Below the pieces are notes generated by a model. That model did no database searches. It was given only the letters and a program-made list of their open reading frames with translations, and had not been told where the DNA came from. 64,000 nucleotides of DNA, from assembly GCA_964561215.1 (NCBI GenBank), contig CAZLOS010000011.1, positions 7,143 to 71,142 on the forward strand, given 5' to 3'. Origin of the DNA: an uncultured Solibacteraceae bacterium (GTDB lineage Bacteria > Acidobacteriota > Terriglobia > Bryobacterales > Bryobacteraceae). The stretch's first letter is position 1, and each line of letters starts with the position of its first letter. The translations under genes and the position numbers were made by a program. Below are positions 40,654 through 49,779 of the stretch, piece by piece.

Positions 40654-41703
40654 CTAGCCGCGGGCCACGCGGGTGCGCGCCACGGTTTTCGCCGTAGGCT
40701 TTGGGGCGGGAATGCTCACCGGGTGGTAACGGAACCAACTGGCGATGTAACGGTCGTCCGCCTTGCGGCGCTTCATGATCTCCCCGCGCTTGTCGAGCAC
40801 TCGGCGCCAATTGCAGGCCAGGTACCAGAACGCCTTCAAGGAGCTGTGCTCCCAGGCCAGGCAGTAGATCACCACCAGCAAATCCCGCAGCGTGATGGAA
40901 AACCAGTTGCGGCGGTATAGATCCGGCGTAATGTTCTTCATGCGCATCAGGAAGCGGTTCTTCACCGAGTGCATGTTGATGACAGCCGGCAGCGCGCGGC
41001 GGTTGCCGGGCAGGGCGCTGCGAACGTGGTAGCCACGCGCCAGGGGTGTGTAGATGCACTTCCAGCCGAATAGCTGCGCTCGCCAGGCCACGTCCGCATC
41101 TTCGCGGTACACAAAGAAATCCGTATCGAAGAACTCGCCGTCTATGGAGACGTCCTCGATCATTTCGCGCCGGTAAAGGGCGGCGGCGGCCGAGGCCCCG
41201 AAAACGTACTCGTGCTTGAGGAAATGGCCGTTATCCACTTCCTGGCTGCCACGATCCAGGTGGCGGAGCATGGGCGTGAAGTAGATGCCGGTGGAATCGA
41301 CCAGTGGTTTATCGGGGAGGTCGAAAGTGGCGGTCATGGTCAGCAGCTTGCCGCAGACGGTGCCAACCTTAGGACTGATGCTGCCGGCTTCGACCAGCGC
41401 CTGGATGAAGCCGGGAAGCAGCAGCAGATCCGGATTCAGCGCCAAAACCCAATCGCCGCCGGACATGCGGATGGCCTGGTTCTGGGCGGCGGCGAACCCG
41501 AAGTTCTCGCTGTTGTAAATGATCTGGCAACGGTCCTCGAACTGCTCGAGAATATCCGAGGTACCGTCGGTGGAGGCGTTGTCGACTACGATGATCTCTT
41601 TGGCGGGATACTTCTGGGCGAGCACGCTTTCAAGGCAGCGCTTGATGAACCGCCCGCTGTTGTAGGTGACGATGGTGACCGAGACGAGTTCGTTAGCTGC
41701 CAT
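40654..41703 (-). CDS. Glycosyltransferase family 2 (rhamnosyltransferase-like)
   Basis: VSVTIVTYNSGRFI...IIVVDNASTDGT...NFGFAAAQNQA and DxD region. Confidence 0.85.
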   Translation of the reverse strand: MAANELVSVTIVTYNSGRFIKRCLESVLAQKYPAKEIIVVDNASTDGTSDILEQFEDRCQIIYNSENFGFAAAQNQAIRMSGGDWVLALNPDLLLLPGFIQALVEAGSISPKVGTVCGKLLTMTATFDLPDKPLVDSTGIYFTPMLRHLDRGSQEVDNGHFLKHEYVFGASAAAALYRREMIEDVSIDGEFFDTDFFVYREDADVAWRAQLFGWKCIYTPLARGYHVRSALPGNRRALPAVINMHSVKNRFLMRMKNITPDLYRRNWFSITLRDLLVVIYCLAWEHSSLKAFWYLACNWRRVLDKRGEIMKRRKADDRYIASWFRYHPVSIPAPKPTAKTVARTRVARG

Positions 41704-41741
41704 TCACAAACACTCGCACACTGGAGTTTGGTTCCACCCTC

Positions 41742-42689
41742 TCACAGCGCCGGAACCGGTTCTCCATTCTTGCGGTTCTCCGCGCCTGCCAGTACGCGTC
41801 CAACCGACAACTTCAACAAGTCGCCACAAACCGATACCGGTCGTAGGCTCCGCTCCGCCAGCATCCCCGCTACTGTACGCGGAATAACACTCAGAGCCGT
41901 CGCGGTTCCCACCCCCCGGGTGGCCGTCCCCGAAAGGTGCTTTGCCGCATACCTCAGTAAGTTAGCATACCAATAAATCTGCCTCTGTTCCCACCTTAGG
42001 AGTTTCGCCGCATAGCCGCCGCGGTGCCTGGCGACGGCATCCGGCACGTAAAGCAGCCTATAACCGCGGTCCCGGGCGCGCTTTGCGTAGTCCACATCCT
42101 CGAACCAGAGCGGATAAAATTCTTCGGCGAATCCCCCCAAAGATGCCCAAACATCGCGGCGAAGCATGAGAAGCGCGCCTGCCGGCTGATCCACTTCCGC
42201 CGCCCGCTCGGGGTCGAAATCCAGATCGCGATAGCGGCGATTCACGGGATTCGCCGGCAGCAACCGGTTCAATCCGAGCACCTCGAATGCGAGCGTCCAC
42301 CCGGTGGGGAAGCGCCTGACCAGGAAACCGGTCTGCGGTGCCCCGCTCTCATCGAGCAACCTTCCACCGGCCGCCGCGACGTTCGGATCGCGGCAGGCTG
42401 CCACTAACGCGTCGAGCGGTGTTTCGAGCACGGCATCGGGATTCAACAGCAACACAAACGGGCGATCGAGCGACCGTATGCCCTGGTTGACCGCAGCCGC
42501 AAAGCCCCGGTTCTCGCGGTTGGCGATCAGGCGGACCGGGGGCCTGGCGCGCACAACGTCGCGGGTCGAGTCGGTGGAGGCGTTGTCCACCACCACCACA
42601 TCGCCGGAAAAACGCAGAGCGGCGTCCAGGCAGGCGCCGATTTCGGCTTCCGCGTTCCAGGCGACGATGACGATTCCCGTTTCGCTCAT
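41742..42689 (-). CDS. Glycosyltransferase family 2
   Basis: MSETGIVIVAWNAE...VVVVDNASTDST...NRGFAAAVNQG. ATG 42689 overlaps the upstream stop (ATGA). The longer track ORF is a read-through. Confidence 0.85.
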   Translation of the reverse strand: MSETGIVIVAWNAEAEIGACLDAALRFSGDVVVVDNASTDSTRDVVRARPPVRLIANRENRGFAAAVNQGIRSLDRPFVLLLNPDAVLETPLDALVAACRDPNVAAAGGRLLDESGAPQTGFLVRRFPTGWTLAFEVLGLNRLLPANPVNRRYRDLDFDPERAAEVDQPAGALLMLRRDVWASLGGFAEEFYPLWFEDVDYAKRARDRGYRLLYVPDAVARHRGGYAAKLLRWEQRQIYWYANLLRYAAKHLSGTATRGVGTATALSVIPRTVAGMLAERSLRPVSVCGDLLKLSVGRVLAGAENRKNGEPVPAL

Positions 42690-43666
42690 GTCAGCGCGAA
42701 GTACATCCTCCAATACCAATCCTGCCCGACGGCCTTCTGCAGTTCCCGAATCTCGCTTTCGCTGGCCCCCAGAACCTCGTCGATCCGCGGATGGTCCTCG
42801 CGGCCCCGCACCGCCGCGGATAAGCGCAATCCCTCGCGCTTGCCCGCGAGCCAGGCGCACGCACCACGGTGCCGCAGCGCCACCAGGCCCCACAACAACT
42901 GTCCGGCGATCGCGGGCCAGCCATACCGGCGCAGCCACTTCCGCGGATAGTGCTTGGCGGCCAGCAGGACCTGATTCCGCGAAATCAGTCTCACTTTTTC
43001 CGGATGCCAGGCGCCCAGCGTCGCGCTGCCGCGGTGGCTGGCGATGGCCGAAGGCTCGTAGACGCCCTGGAATCCTCCCAGAGCGCAACGCAGCCCGAAC
43101 TCCACGTCTTCGAGATAGGATTCGAAGCGCTCGTCCAGTCCTCCGGTCATCTCAAACAGCTCCCGGCGGACCAACGCGGCGGTCAATGGCGCGAAGCGGA
43201 TCTTCCGTCTCCGGTTCCAGACCGGACCGTCGGCCCGGGCATCGCCGCAACGCCAGGCGCAACCGCTGCGCGCCACCGCATCGAAGCTGCCATCGAGCAG
43301 GTCCGGGCGCTCGGCTTTCACGAGCTTGCCGGAGGCGAACCACGCGTCCGGTTCCGACGCGGCGTCCAGCAGCTTCTCGATCCAGCGCGGCTGCGGTTCG
43401 ACGTCGTTGTTCAGCACCGCGACCCAATCGGTGCGGCACAAGGCTACCCCGTGGTTGACGGCGGCGGCAAATCCCCGGTTGCGCTCCATGCGGACCACCC
43501 GCGCGCCGGCGCGCTGGGCTACCTCGACGGAGCCGTCGCTGCTGGCGTTGTCCACCACCAGCACTTCCGATGGCGAAACAGTCTGCGCCGCAAGCGAACG
43601 GAGCGCAGCGGCAAGTAGGTCCTGCCGGTTCCAGTTCGGAATGATTGCGGTCACGGCCATCGACAC
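42686..43666 (-). CDS. Glycosyltransferase family 2
   Basis: VTAIIPNWNRQDLL...LVVDNASSDGS...NRGFAAAVNHG. Confidence 0.85.
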   Translation of the reverse strand: MSMAVTAIIPNWNRQDLLAAALRSLAAQTVSPSEVLVVDNASSDGSVEVAQRAGARVVRMERNRGFAAAVNHGVALCRTDWVAVLNNDVEPQPRWIEKLLDAASEPDAWFASGKLVKAERPDLLDGSFDAVARSGCAWRCGDARADGPVWNRRRKIRFAPLTAALVRRELFEMTGGLDERFESYLEDVEFGLRCALGGFQGVYEPSAIASHRGSATLGAWHPEKVRLISRNQVLLAAKHYPRKWLRRYGWPAIAGQLLWGLVALRHRGACAWLAGKREGLRLSAAVRGREDHPRIDEVLGASESEIRELQKAVGQDWYWRMYFALT

Positions 43667-43738
43667 AGAGTCAATCCTTACGCGTGAATGGACGGGGAAT
43701 ACGAAACAGCAGGCGGGTACGTAAATTCGATCTTATCA

Positions 43739-44422
43739 CTAACGGCGCTTGCGCGCAAAACGTTTTCTGGCCAGGAAGAACAAATTGTGGAAGCCGTCGC
43801 GCCACGGATTGAGCTTGATTTCGCCCAAGCGCGATGAATACTGGATGGAGATCTCGCGGAAACGCACGCGCGGGTTCTTGAGCGCCTCGATCTTGATCTC
43901 CTCGCTGAAGGCCATGCCGTCGCTGGTGAGGTCCATCCTGTCCAGGATGGAACGGCGGACCACCCACATGCCGGACTGCGAGTCGCGCACCCAGCGCAGG
44001 TAGAGGATCGACATCGCCAGCGACAGCACCAGGTTGCCGAACTTGTGCTTGAAGCTCATGGCCTGGCGGTCCCGGACGGGGAATCGCGACGCGTTCAGGA
44101 AATCCGCCTCCAGGTGCAGGAAGGCTTCGAGCAGGTAGGAAATGGCATCCACCGGATAGCTGTGGTCGCCGTCGAGCGTGATGACGACATCGCCGGTAGC
44201 CTGGGCGAAGCCCCGCTTGTATGCCCGCCCATAGCCTCGCACCTCCTCCCGGATCACCTTGGCGCCCAGGCTGGCGGCCACTTTCGAGGTGTTGTCGGTG
44301 GAGCCGTTGTCGACGACAATCACCTCGTCGATGAAGGCCGGCATGGGGCGCAAAACCTGTTCGATGCCCTGCTCTTCGTTCAGGCACGGAATGATGACGG
44401 TGATCTTGAGGCCCTTATACAT
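43739..44422 (-). CDS. GT2 polyprenyl-phosphate glycosyltransferase-like enzyme (DPM1/GtrB-like, short form)
   Basis: ITVIIPCLNEEQGI...VIVVDNGSTDNT...GYGRAYKRG...DGDHSYP. Confidence 0.8.
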   Translation of the reverse strand: MYKGLKITVIIPCLNEEQGIEQVLRPMPAFIDEVIVVDNGSTDNTSKVAASLGAKVIREEVRGYGRAYKRGFAQATGDVVITLDGDHSYPVDAISYLLEAFLHLEADFLNASRFPVRDRQAMSFKHKFGNLVLSLAMSILYLRWVRDSQSGMWVVRRSILDRMDLTSDGMAFSEEIKIEALKNPRVRFREISIQYSSRLGEIKLNPWRDGFHNLFFLARKRFARKRR

Positions 44423-44442
44423 GCAGTATGATGGTGGGTGTC

Positions 44443-44946
44443 ATGAAGTGGATCGCCTTATTATTATGCAGCTTCCCGGCGCTGGCCGGCTTGACGGACG
44501 TCAAATCGGTCTATCTGCTGCCCATGACGCACGGGATGGATCAATACCTGGCGAACCATCTGGTCAAGGCCGGCGTTTACCAGGTCGTGACGGATCCCAA
44601 GCGCGCGGACGCGGTCTTCACCGACCGTCTGGGCGAGGCGCTGGAGACGCAACTGAAGGGATTCTACCCGGAGCCGAAGCCCGAGGAAGAAAAGAAGGAC
44701 GAGGCGACAGATTCAAATTCGAGTCCGGCTTCGAAGGGCGTTGCCGCCTACGCGGGAGCGCCGCCCCGGGTCAGCTCTTTCAGCGCAAGCAAAGGGAACC
44801 TGTTCCTCGTCGATGTGAAGTCGCGCGCCGTGCTCTGGTCCATACACGCGCGCCCCAAGCACAACACGCCTACCCAACTCGACAAGACCGCGGGACACGT
44901 GGTGAACGCTTTGAACGAAGCGCTTCACCCCAAGCCCAAGAAATAA
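44443..44946 (+). CDS. Secreted hypothetical protein
   Basis: Signal MKWIALLLCSFPALAG and a low-complexity Lys/Glu/Pro linker. Alternative ATGs at 44428 and 44431. Confidence 0.5.
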   Translation: MKWIALLLCSFPALAGLTDVKSVYLLPMTHGMDQYLANHLVKAGVYQVVTDPKRADAVFTDRLGEALETQLKGFYPEPKPEEEKKDEATDSNSSPASKGVAAYAGAPPRVSSFSASKGNLFLVDVKSRAVLWSIHARPKHNTPTQLDKTAGHVVNALNEALHPKPKK

Positions 44947-44962
44947 GCCCGCCGCGTCTGGA

Positions 44963-45373
44963 TCAGATGTCCGAGCAGCAGAACTTGCACTTGCTCGCTT
45001 CGGCGGCCACGGTTTCCTTGCAGCGCGGACAAACCTTTGTGGGTGCCGCGGGCGCCGGGGCCTCTTCCTTGATGAAGCTCTTCGTGATCAGGTAAATACA
45101 GAAGGCGATCACGATGAAGTCCACGATACTTCCCGCAAAGCTGCCGAAGTTGATCGCGTTCACCACTTCCTTGCCGTCGGCGCCGACGGTCTTGGTGAGG
45201 ATCATCTTCGCCGTACGCCACTCGCCCCCTGGGATCAGCAGGCTGATCAGCGGCATGATGATGTCCGCCACAAGCGACGAAACCACTTTCCCAATCGCCC
45301 CGCCGATGATGACGGCGATCGCGAGCCCAAGAACTTGGTTCTTCAACAGGAAATCCTTGAATCCCTTAATCAT
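44963..45373 (-). CDS. mscL: Large-conductance mechanosensitive channel MscL with Cys4 C-terminal tail
   Basis: MIKGFKDFLLKNQVLGLAIAVIIGGAIGKVVSSLV is the canonical MscL TM1. GGAGG lies upstream of ATG 45373. The tail is VCPRCKETVAAEASKCKFCCSDI. Confidence 0.9.
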   Translation of the reverse strand: MIKGFKDFLLKNQVLGLAIAVIIGGAIGKVVSSLVADIIMPLISLLIPGGEWRTAKMILTKTVGADGKEVVNAINFGSFAGSIVDFIVIAFCIYLITKSFIKEEAPAPAAPTKVCPRCKETVAAEASKCKFCCSDI

Positions 45374-45450
45374 TACGCCTCCTCTATCCTGCCCAGCTAC
45401 ATCGCACCGAATCATCTTAGTGCAAGGCTCATCGCAGTTCAATCCGAATC

Positions 45451-45540
45451 CCGTGGAGAATGGGCGCCGGGTGTATCCTGAGAATAAGTGGAATGGTCCC
45501 GCGGACCCGGATCCGTGGAGATGACTTCCCTCCCGAGGTT
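45451..45540 (+). promoter_or_regulatory. Candidate (atypical) TPP riboswitch / leader of the thiSGHE operon
   Basis: GGGTG (45469-45473) and CTGAGA (45478-45483) resemble the thi-box core. Hairpin GGTCC-CGC-GGACC at 45495-45507. The P3 and pyrophosphate-sensor helices do not match the consensus well. Confidence 0.35.
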
Positions 45541-45546
45541 CCCGGA

Positions 45547-45747
45547 ATGAATCTGGTTGTAAACGGAAAACCCCACAGCCACGGCGGCGGCGGCACGCTC
45601 GCCGAACTGTTGGAGGAATGCCGTGCGAATCCCTCGCAGGTCGCCGTCATGATCAATGGCGAAGTCGTGCGCCGGGGCCAGTGGGATGCCGTCAAGCTGG
45701 TGGAGGGCGACCAGGTCGAGATGCTTGTGTTCGCGGCCGGTGGGTAA
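45547..45747 (+). CDS. thiS: Sulfur-carrier protein ThiS
   Basis: 66 aa, MNLVVNGK start, C-terminal GG, directly upstream of thiG. Confidence 0.85.
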   Translation: MNLVVNGKPHSHGGGGTLAELLEECRANPSQVAVMINGEVVRRGQWDAVKLVEGDQVEMLVFAAGG

Positions 45748-45750
45748 GCG

Positions 45751-46527
45751 ATGCAGGGCGAATTTCGGTTAGGAAACCGCACTTTTACTTCACGGCTGTT
45801 CCTGGGAACGGGGAAGTTTTCCAGCACGGACGCCATGTTGCGCGCTGTTTGCGCATCCGGCGCGGAACTGGTGACAGTGGCTCTGCGGCGGTTCCATGAA
45901 GGCCGGGCCGAGGACGATGTTTACGGTCCGCTATCCTCCGTGCCGGGGATCACCATCGTCCCCAATACCTCGGGAGCCATGAACGCAAAGGAAGCGGTCC
46001 GGGCGGCCATGCTGGGGCGTGAATTGAGCGGCAGCCCGTTCGTCAAATTGGAGATTCATCCCAATCCGCACCACTTGCTGCCGGATCCCATCGAAACCTA
46101 CGAGGCGGCGAAAATACTGAGCCGGGAAGGGTTCTTCGTTCTGCCTTACATGCCCGCAGATCCCGTGCTTGCCAAACGCCTGGAGGACGCCGGCTGCGCC
46201 GCGGTCATGCCCCTGGGCGCCGCCATCGGCAGCGGGCAGGGAATAACCACCGCGGGGATGGTTGAAATCATGATTCGCGACGCCTGCGTCCCCGTGATCG
46301 TGGATGCGGGATTGCGTTCGCCGTCCGAGGCGGCCGCGGTCATGGAGATGGGCGGGGACGCGGTCCTGGTCAACAGCGCCATCGCTGCCGCGGACAATCC
46401 CGAACTGATGGCCGAGGCGTTTGCTGCGGCGGTCGCGGCCGGCCGGAAGGCCTGGCAGGCCGGATTGATGCCGAGGAGTGAAGTGGCAGTCGCCACCAGC
46501 CCGCTCACCGCTTTTCTGGGAGAGTAA
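45751..46527 (+). CDS. thiG: Thiazole synthase ThiG
   Basis: [24 protein letters not shown] and [12 protein letters not shown] motifs. Confidence 0.95.
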   Translation: MQGEFRLGNRTFTSRLFLGTGKFSSTDAMLRAVCASGAELVTVALRRFHEGRAEDDVYGPLSSVPGITIVPNTSGAMNAKEAVRAAMLGRELSGSPFVKLEIHPNPHHLLPDPIETYEAAKILSREGFFVLPYMPADPVLAKRLEDAGCAAVMPLGAAIGSGQGITTAGMVEIMIRDACVPVIVDAGLRSPSEAAAVMEMGGDAVLVNSAIAAADNPELMAEAFAAAVAAGRKAWQAGLMPRSEVAVATSPLTAFLGE

Positions 46528-46528
46528 C

Positions 46529-47650
46529 ATGGTGGCTGCCACAATCCCCGATTGGCTGGACCCTTCCCCTTGGCTCGAATGGATCAAACGGGCGGATCGG
46601 TTCATGGTCGCCGCGGCCCTGTCCGCGAAGAACCCCGGGATCCGGGAACTCGCGGTCCTGCTGTCCCCGGCCGCCGCGCCGGAGTTGGAAACCATGGCAC
46701 AGCGGGCGCGCGCGATCACACAGCGTCACTTTGGGCGAGTCATCACACTCTATGCGCCGCTGTACTTGTCGAGCCGTTGTTTTTCGGGCTGTGTGTACTG
46801 CGGCTTTGCTTCGAACCGTCAAACGCCGCGCCACATGCTGACGCTGGAGCAGGTGGATGCGGAACTGGACGCGCTGAAGCGGCGGGGCATGGAGGAGGTC
46901 CTGCTGCTGACGGGCGAGCGCAACCCCGCGGCGGGCTACGAGTACGTACGCGATTGCGTGGAGCGTGCGGCGTCCCGATTCTCCACGGTGCTGGTGGAAG
47001 TGTTCCCGATGAGCGAACCGGAGTACCGGGGGCTGGCCGAGGCCGCATGTACGGGGATCACGCTCTACCAGGAAACCTACGATCCGCTGACCTATGAGCG
47101 GATGCACCTGTGGGGACCGAAACGCAACTACACTGCGCGTCTGGAAGCTCCCGCGCGCGCCCTGGCCGGTGGCCTGCGTGTAGCCGGATTGGGCGCGCTG
47201 TTGGGTCTGAGCGATCCTTTCTTCGACATGCTCTGTCTCTACCGCCATGCCACCCACCTGCAGCGGGAGTTCTGGAAGGGCGGCGTCGCGCTCTCTTTCC
47301 CGCGCATCCGGCCGGAGGCGGGAGGCTTCAAACCACCGTTCCCGGTGAGCGAGAGACTGCTGGCACAGATCATCTTCGCGTTCCGGATCTGCCTGCCGGA
47401 CGTCCCGCTGGTCCTTTCGACGCGTGAGAGCCCGCACTTCCGCGATGGTATGGCCGGAGTGGGGATCTGCAAGATGAGCGCCGGCAGCCGGACCACCGTC
47501 GGCGGTTACGGAGACAGTGCCAGTCCCTCCGAGTGCCAGTTCGATGTCAGCGACGGGCGCGACGTGCCGGCGTTCTGCGCCATGCTCCGCGAGAAAGGCC
47601 TGCAACCCGTCTTCAAGAACTGGGATGCAGCCTACCGGGACGCCATATGA
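46529..47650 (+). CDS. thiH: 2-iminoacetate synthase ThiH (radical SAM tyrosine lyase)
   Basis: Radical-SAM cluster CFSGCVYC, sits between thiG and thiE. ATG 46529 follows the thiG stop. Confidence 0.85.
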   Translation: MVAATIPDWLDPSPWLEWIKRADRFMVAAALSAKNPGIRELAVLLSPAAAPELETMAQRARAITQRHFGRVITLYAPLYLSSRCFSGCVYCGFASNRQTPRHMLTLEQVDAELDALKRRGMEEVLLLTGERNPAAGYEYVRDCVERAASRFSTVLVEVFPMSEPEYRGLAEAACTGITLYQETYDPLTYERMHLWGPKRNYTARLEAPARALAGGLRVAGLGALLGLSDPFFDMLCLYRHATHLQREFWKGGVALSFPRIRPEAGGFKPPFPVSERLLAQIIFAFRICLPDVPLVLSTRESPHFRDGMAGVGICKMSAGSRTTVGGYGDSASPSECQFDVSDGRDVPAFCAMLREKGLQPVFKNWDAAYRDAI

Positions 47651-48276
47651 AAGAAACATTCGGCCTTTACCTGGTGCTGACGGACCCCGTCACCGGCTAC
47701 GAGAAGTGCACGGAAGCCGCCGTCGAGGCGGGAGTGCGATACGTGCAACTGCGAATGAAGGACAGCTCCCGGGAAGAAGTGCTCGACATGGCGCTGCGTT
47801 TGCGGCGGATCACGGCGGGCAGCCCGACGCGGTTCATCGTCAACGACGACGTGGAGATCGCCCGCGAAGCGGACGCCGACGGCGTGCACCTGGGCCAGCA
47901 GGACATGACCCTTGCCGAAGCCCGCAAACGCTGGCCCGAGCCGGGGAAGATTTTCGGCTGGTCCACGCACTCCGAAGGCCAGCAACGGCGCGCGGAAGAA
48001 CTTGCCCCGGACTATATCGGCGTGGGCCCGGTCTTTGCCACCCCAACGAAGAAGGACGCCGACCCCACGCTCGGTCTCGACCGGATGGGCCGCATGATCC
48101 GCGGCACGACGCTCACCACGGTCGCCATCGGCGGCATTAACCGGGAGAATCTGGCGGAAGTTCTCCACCACGGGGCGGTGAACTATGCCGTGGTTCGAGC
48201 CGTGACCCAGGCGCCCGATCCCCGCGCGGCCGTCCAGGCCTTACAGGACATCTGGAACGAGCACCGCGCCATTTAG
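47647..48276 (+). CDS. thiE: Thiamine-phosphate synthase ThiE
   Basis: LYLVLTD, VQLRMKD, DGVHLGQ, IGVGPVFATPTK and AIGGI motifs. The ATG overlaps the thiH stop (ATGA). Confidence 0.9.
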   Translation: MKETFGLYLVLTDPVTGYEKCTEAAVEAGVRYVQLRMKDSSREEVLDMALRLRRITAGSPTRFIVNDDVEIAREADADGVHLGQQDMTLAEARKRWPEPGKIFGWSTHSEGQQRRAEELAPDYIGVGPVFATPTKKDADPTLGLDRMGRMIRGTTLTTVAIGGINRENLAEVLHHGAVNYAVVRAVTQAPDPRAAVQALQDIWNEHRAI

Positions 48277-48286
48277 CGGTGCCGGT

Positions 48287-49174
48287 CTACTTGGCTATGT
48301 CCCGGTGCGTGGCTTTCACCGTGTAGCCGCCGCGGGACAACCGCCGTCGAATCTCGTCGGCCATCATCACCGAACGGTGCCGTCCGCCCGTGCATCCGAA
48401 AGCGATCGTCAGGTAACTCTTGCCCTCCCGCACATAGTGCGGCATCAGGTAGATCAGCAGTTGCGAGATGCGCTCGATGAATTCGACCGTCTGAGGGAAC
48501 GAGCGTATATAAGCCGCCACACGCGGGTGCCGGCCGCTCAAATCCTTGAACTCCGGCATGTAATTCGGATTGGGCAGGAAACGGACGTCGAAGACCAGGT
48601 CGCTGTCGGCCGGAACGCCGTAGCGGAAGCCGAAGCTGGTTACATAAACCATGATCCGGGTCTGTTCGCTCGAGCCGCGGAACTTATCTTCGATGACTTT
48701 CCGGAGTTCGTGGACGTTGAACTTCGAGGTGTTGATGATGTGGTCGGCCAGGGCGCGGATCGGCGCCATGTGCCGCCGCTCGGCCGCCAGGCTTCGCGCT
48801 ACGCTCCGGTCGGTGCCTAGCGGATGAGGCCGGCGGGTCTCGCTGAAGCGGCGCACCAGCGTGTCCTCGTCGGCCTCCAGGAATACGAGCGTTGTTTCAA
48901 TGTTCTGCCGCAGCTTCCGATAGATTTCCGGAAAGCGCTTCAATTCCACGCCTTCGCGAATGTCCACCACCAGCGCCGCCCGCCGGATGCTGGGTGATTC
49001 CTTGGTCAGTTCGGCAAACTTGGGAATGAGCCCTACCGGGAGGTTATCCACCGAGTAGTAGCCCAGGTCCTCAAGCGACTTGAGCACTGTGGCTTTGCCC
49101 GATCCGCTCAATCCTGTCAGGACGACGAGTTCGGCTTTGCCGGAATCTCTTTCCCCAGTGCTCTTTTTGGCCAT
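48287..49174 (-). CDS. rapZ: RNase adapter / nucleotide-binding protein RapZ (YhbJ)
   Basis: P-loop GLSGSGKATVLKSLEDLGYYSVDNLP and C-terminal GCTGGRHRSV. Confidence 0.9.
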   Translation of the reverse strand: MAKKSTGERDSGKAELVVLTGLSGSGKATVLKSLEDLGYYSVDNLPVGLIPKFAELTKESPSIRRAALVVDIREGVELKRFPEIYRKLRQNIETTLVFLEADEDTLVRRFSETRRPHPLGTDRSVARSLAAERRHMAPIRALADHIINTSKFNVHELRKVIEDKFRGSSEQTRIMVYVTSFGFRYGVPADSDLVFDVRFLPNPNYMPEFKDLSGRHPRVAAYIRSFPQTVEFIERISQLLIYLMPHYVREGKSYLTIAFGCTGGRHRSVMMADEIRRRLSRGGYTVKATHRDIAK

Positions 49175-49187
49175 CGTGGATGCGCCG

Positions 49188-49754
49188 TCAGGCCTCCACC
49201 AGGTTGAAATGGCCGTCGCGGCGGCGCAGCAGGACCGACAGGTGGTTGGACTCCGCGTCGCGGAAGACGTAGTAATCCCGGTCGGCGCCGATCGCGATCA
49301 GCGCTTCTTCCACCGTCATGGGTTTGCGGTTGGCGTGCTGGTCGATGTGGAAGACTTTCACCACGTTGCCTTCCTCCGCCTCGACCTCGGCGGCCATGGG
49401 CCCCGTGCTCTCGGCGCCAGCCTCTTCCTCGTACTCGCCGCGCTTGGGCACGCGCTTGGTGTCGCGCCACTTTGTGCGCAGCTTGAGCACCTGCTTCTCG
49501 AGCTTGTCCACGGCCGTCGTCAGGGCGGCGAACTGGTCGACGTCGCTGGCCAGGCCCACCAAGGGATGATCTCCGAATTGAATGGTCACTTCGGCGTGGT
49601 TCAGGTGGCGCTCGACGTTGAGCACGACATGCGCTTCTCTGTCGACGCCGCCGTGCCGGTCCAACAGTTTGCCCAGCTTGTCGAATCGGGACTCGATCTT
49701 GCGCTGCTGTGCCGGCGTGAATACGCCCTGTTTGCCCTTGTAACTGATGATCAT
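49188..49754 (-). CDS. hpf: Ribosome hibernation promoting factor, long form
   Basis: N-terminal S30AE domain and C-terminal dimerisation domain (KPMTVEEAL...YVFRD). Lies downstream of rpoN. Confidence 0.9.
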   Translation of the reverse strand: MIISYKGKQGVFTPAQQRKIESRFDKLGKLLDRHGGVDREAHVVLNVERHLNHAEVTIQFGDHPLVGLASDVDQFAALTTAVDKLEKQVLKLRTKWRDTKRVPKRGEYEEEAGAESTGPMAAEVEAEEGNVVKVFHIDQHANRKPMTVEEALIAIGADRDYYVFRDAESNHLSVLLRRRDGHFNLVEA

Positions 49755-49779
49755 GCGTCTCTCCGTGAGAATGGAAATT

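Noticed and set aside
39758-41059. 433-aa minus-strand ORF
   Set aside because: It overlaps the sigma-factor gene in antisense and the GT2 gene out of frame. No motifs were recognised.
46505-47659. 384-aa minus-strand ORF
   Set aside because: It lies antisense to thiH, which carries the radical-SAM CxxxCxxC motif and fits the thiSGHE operon.
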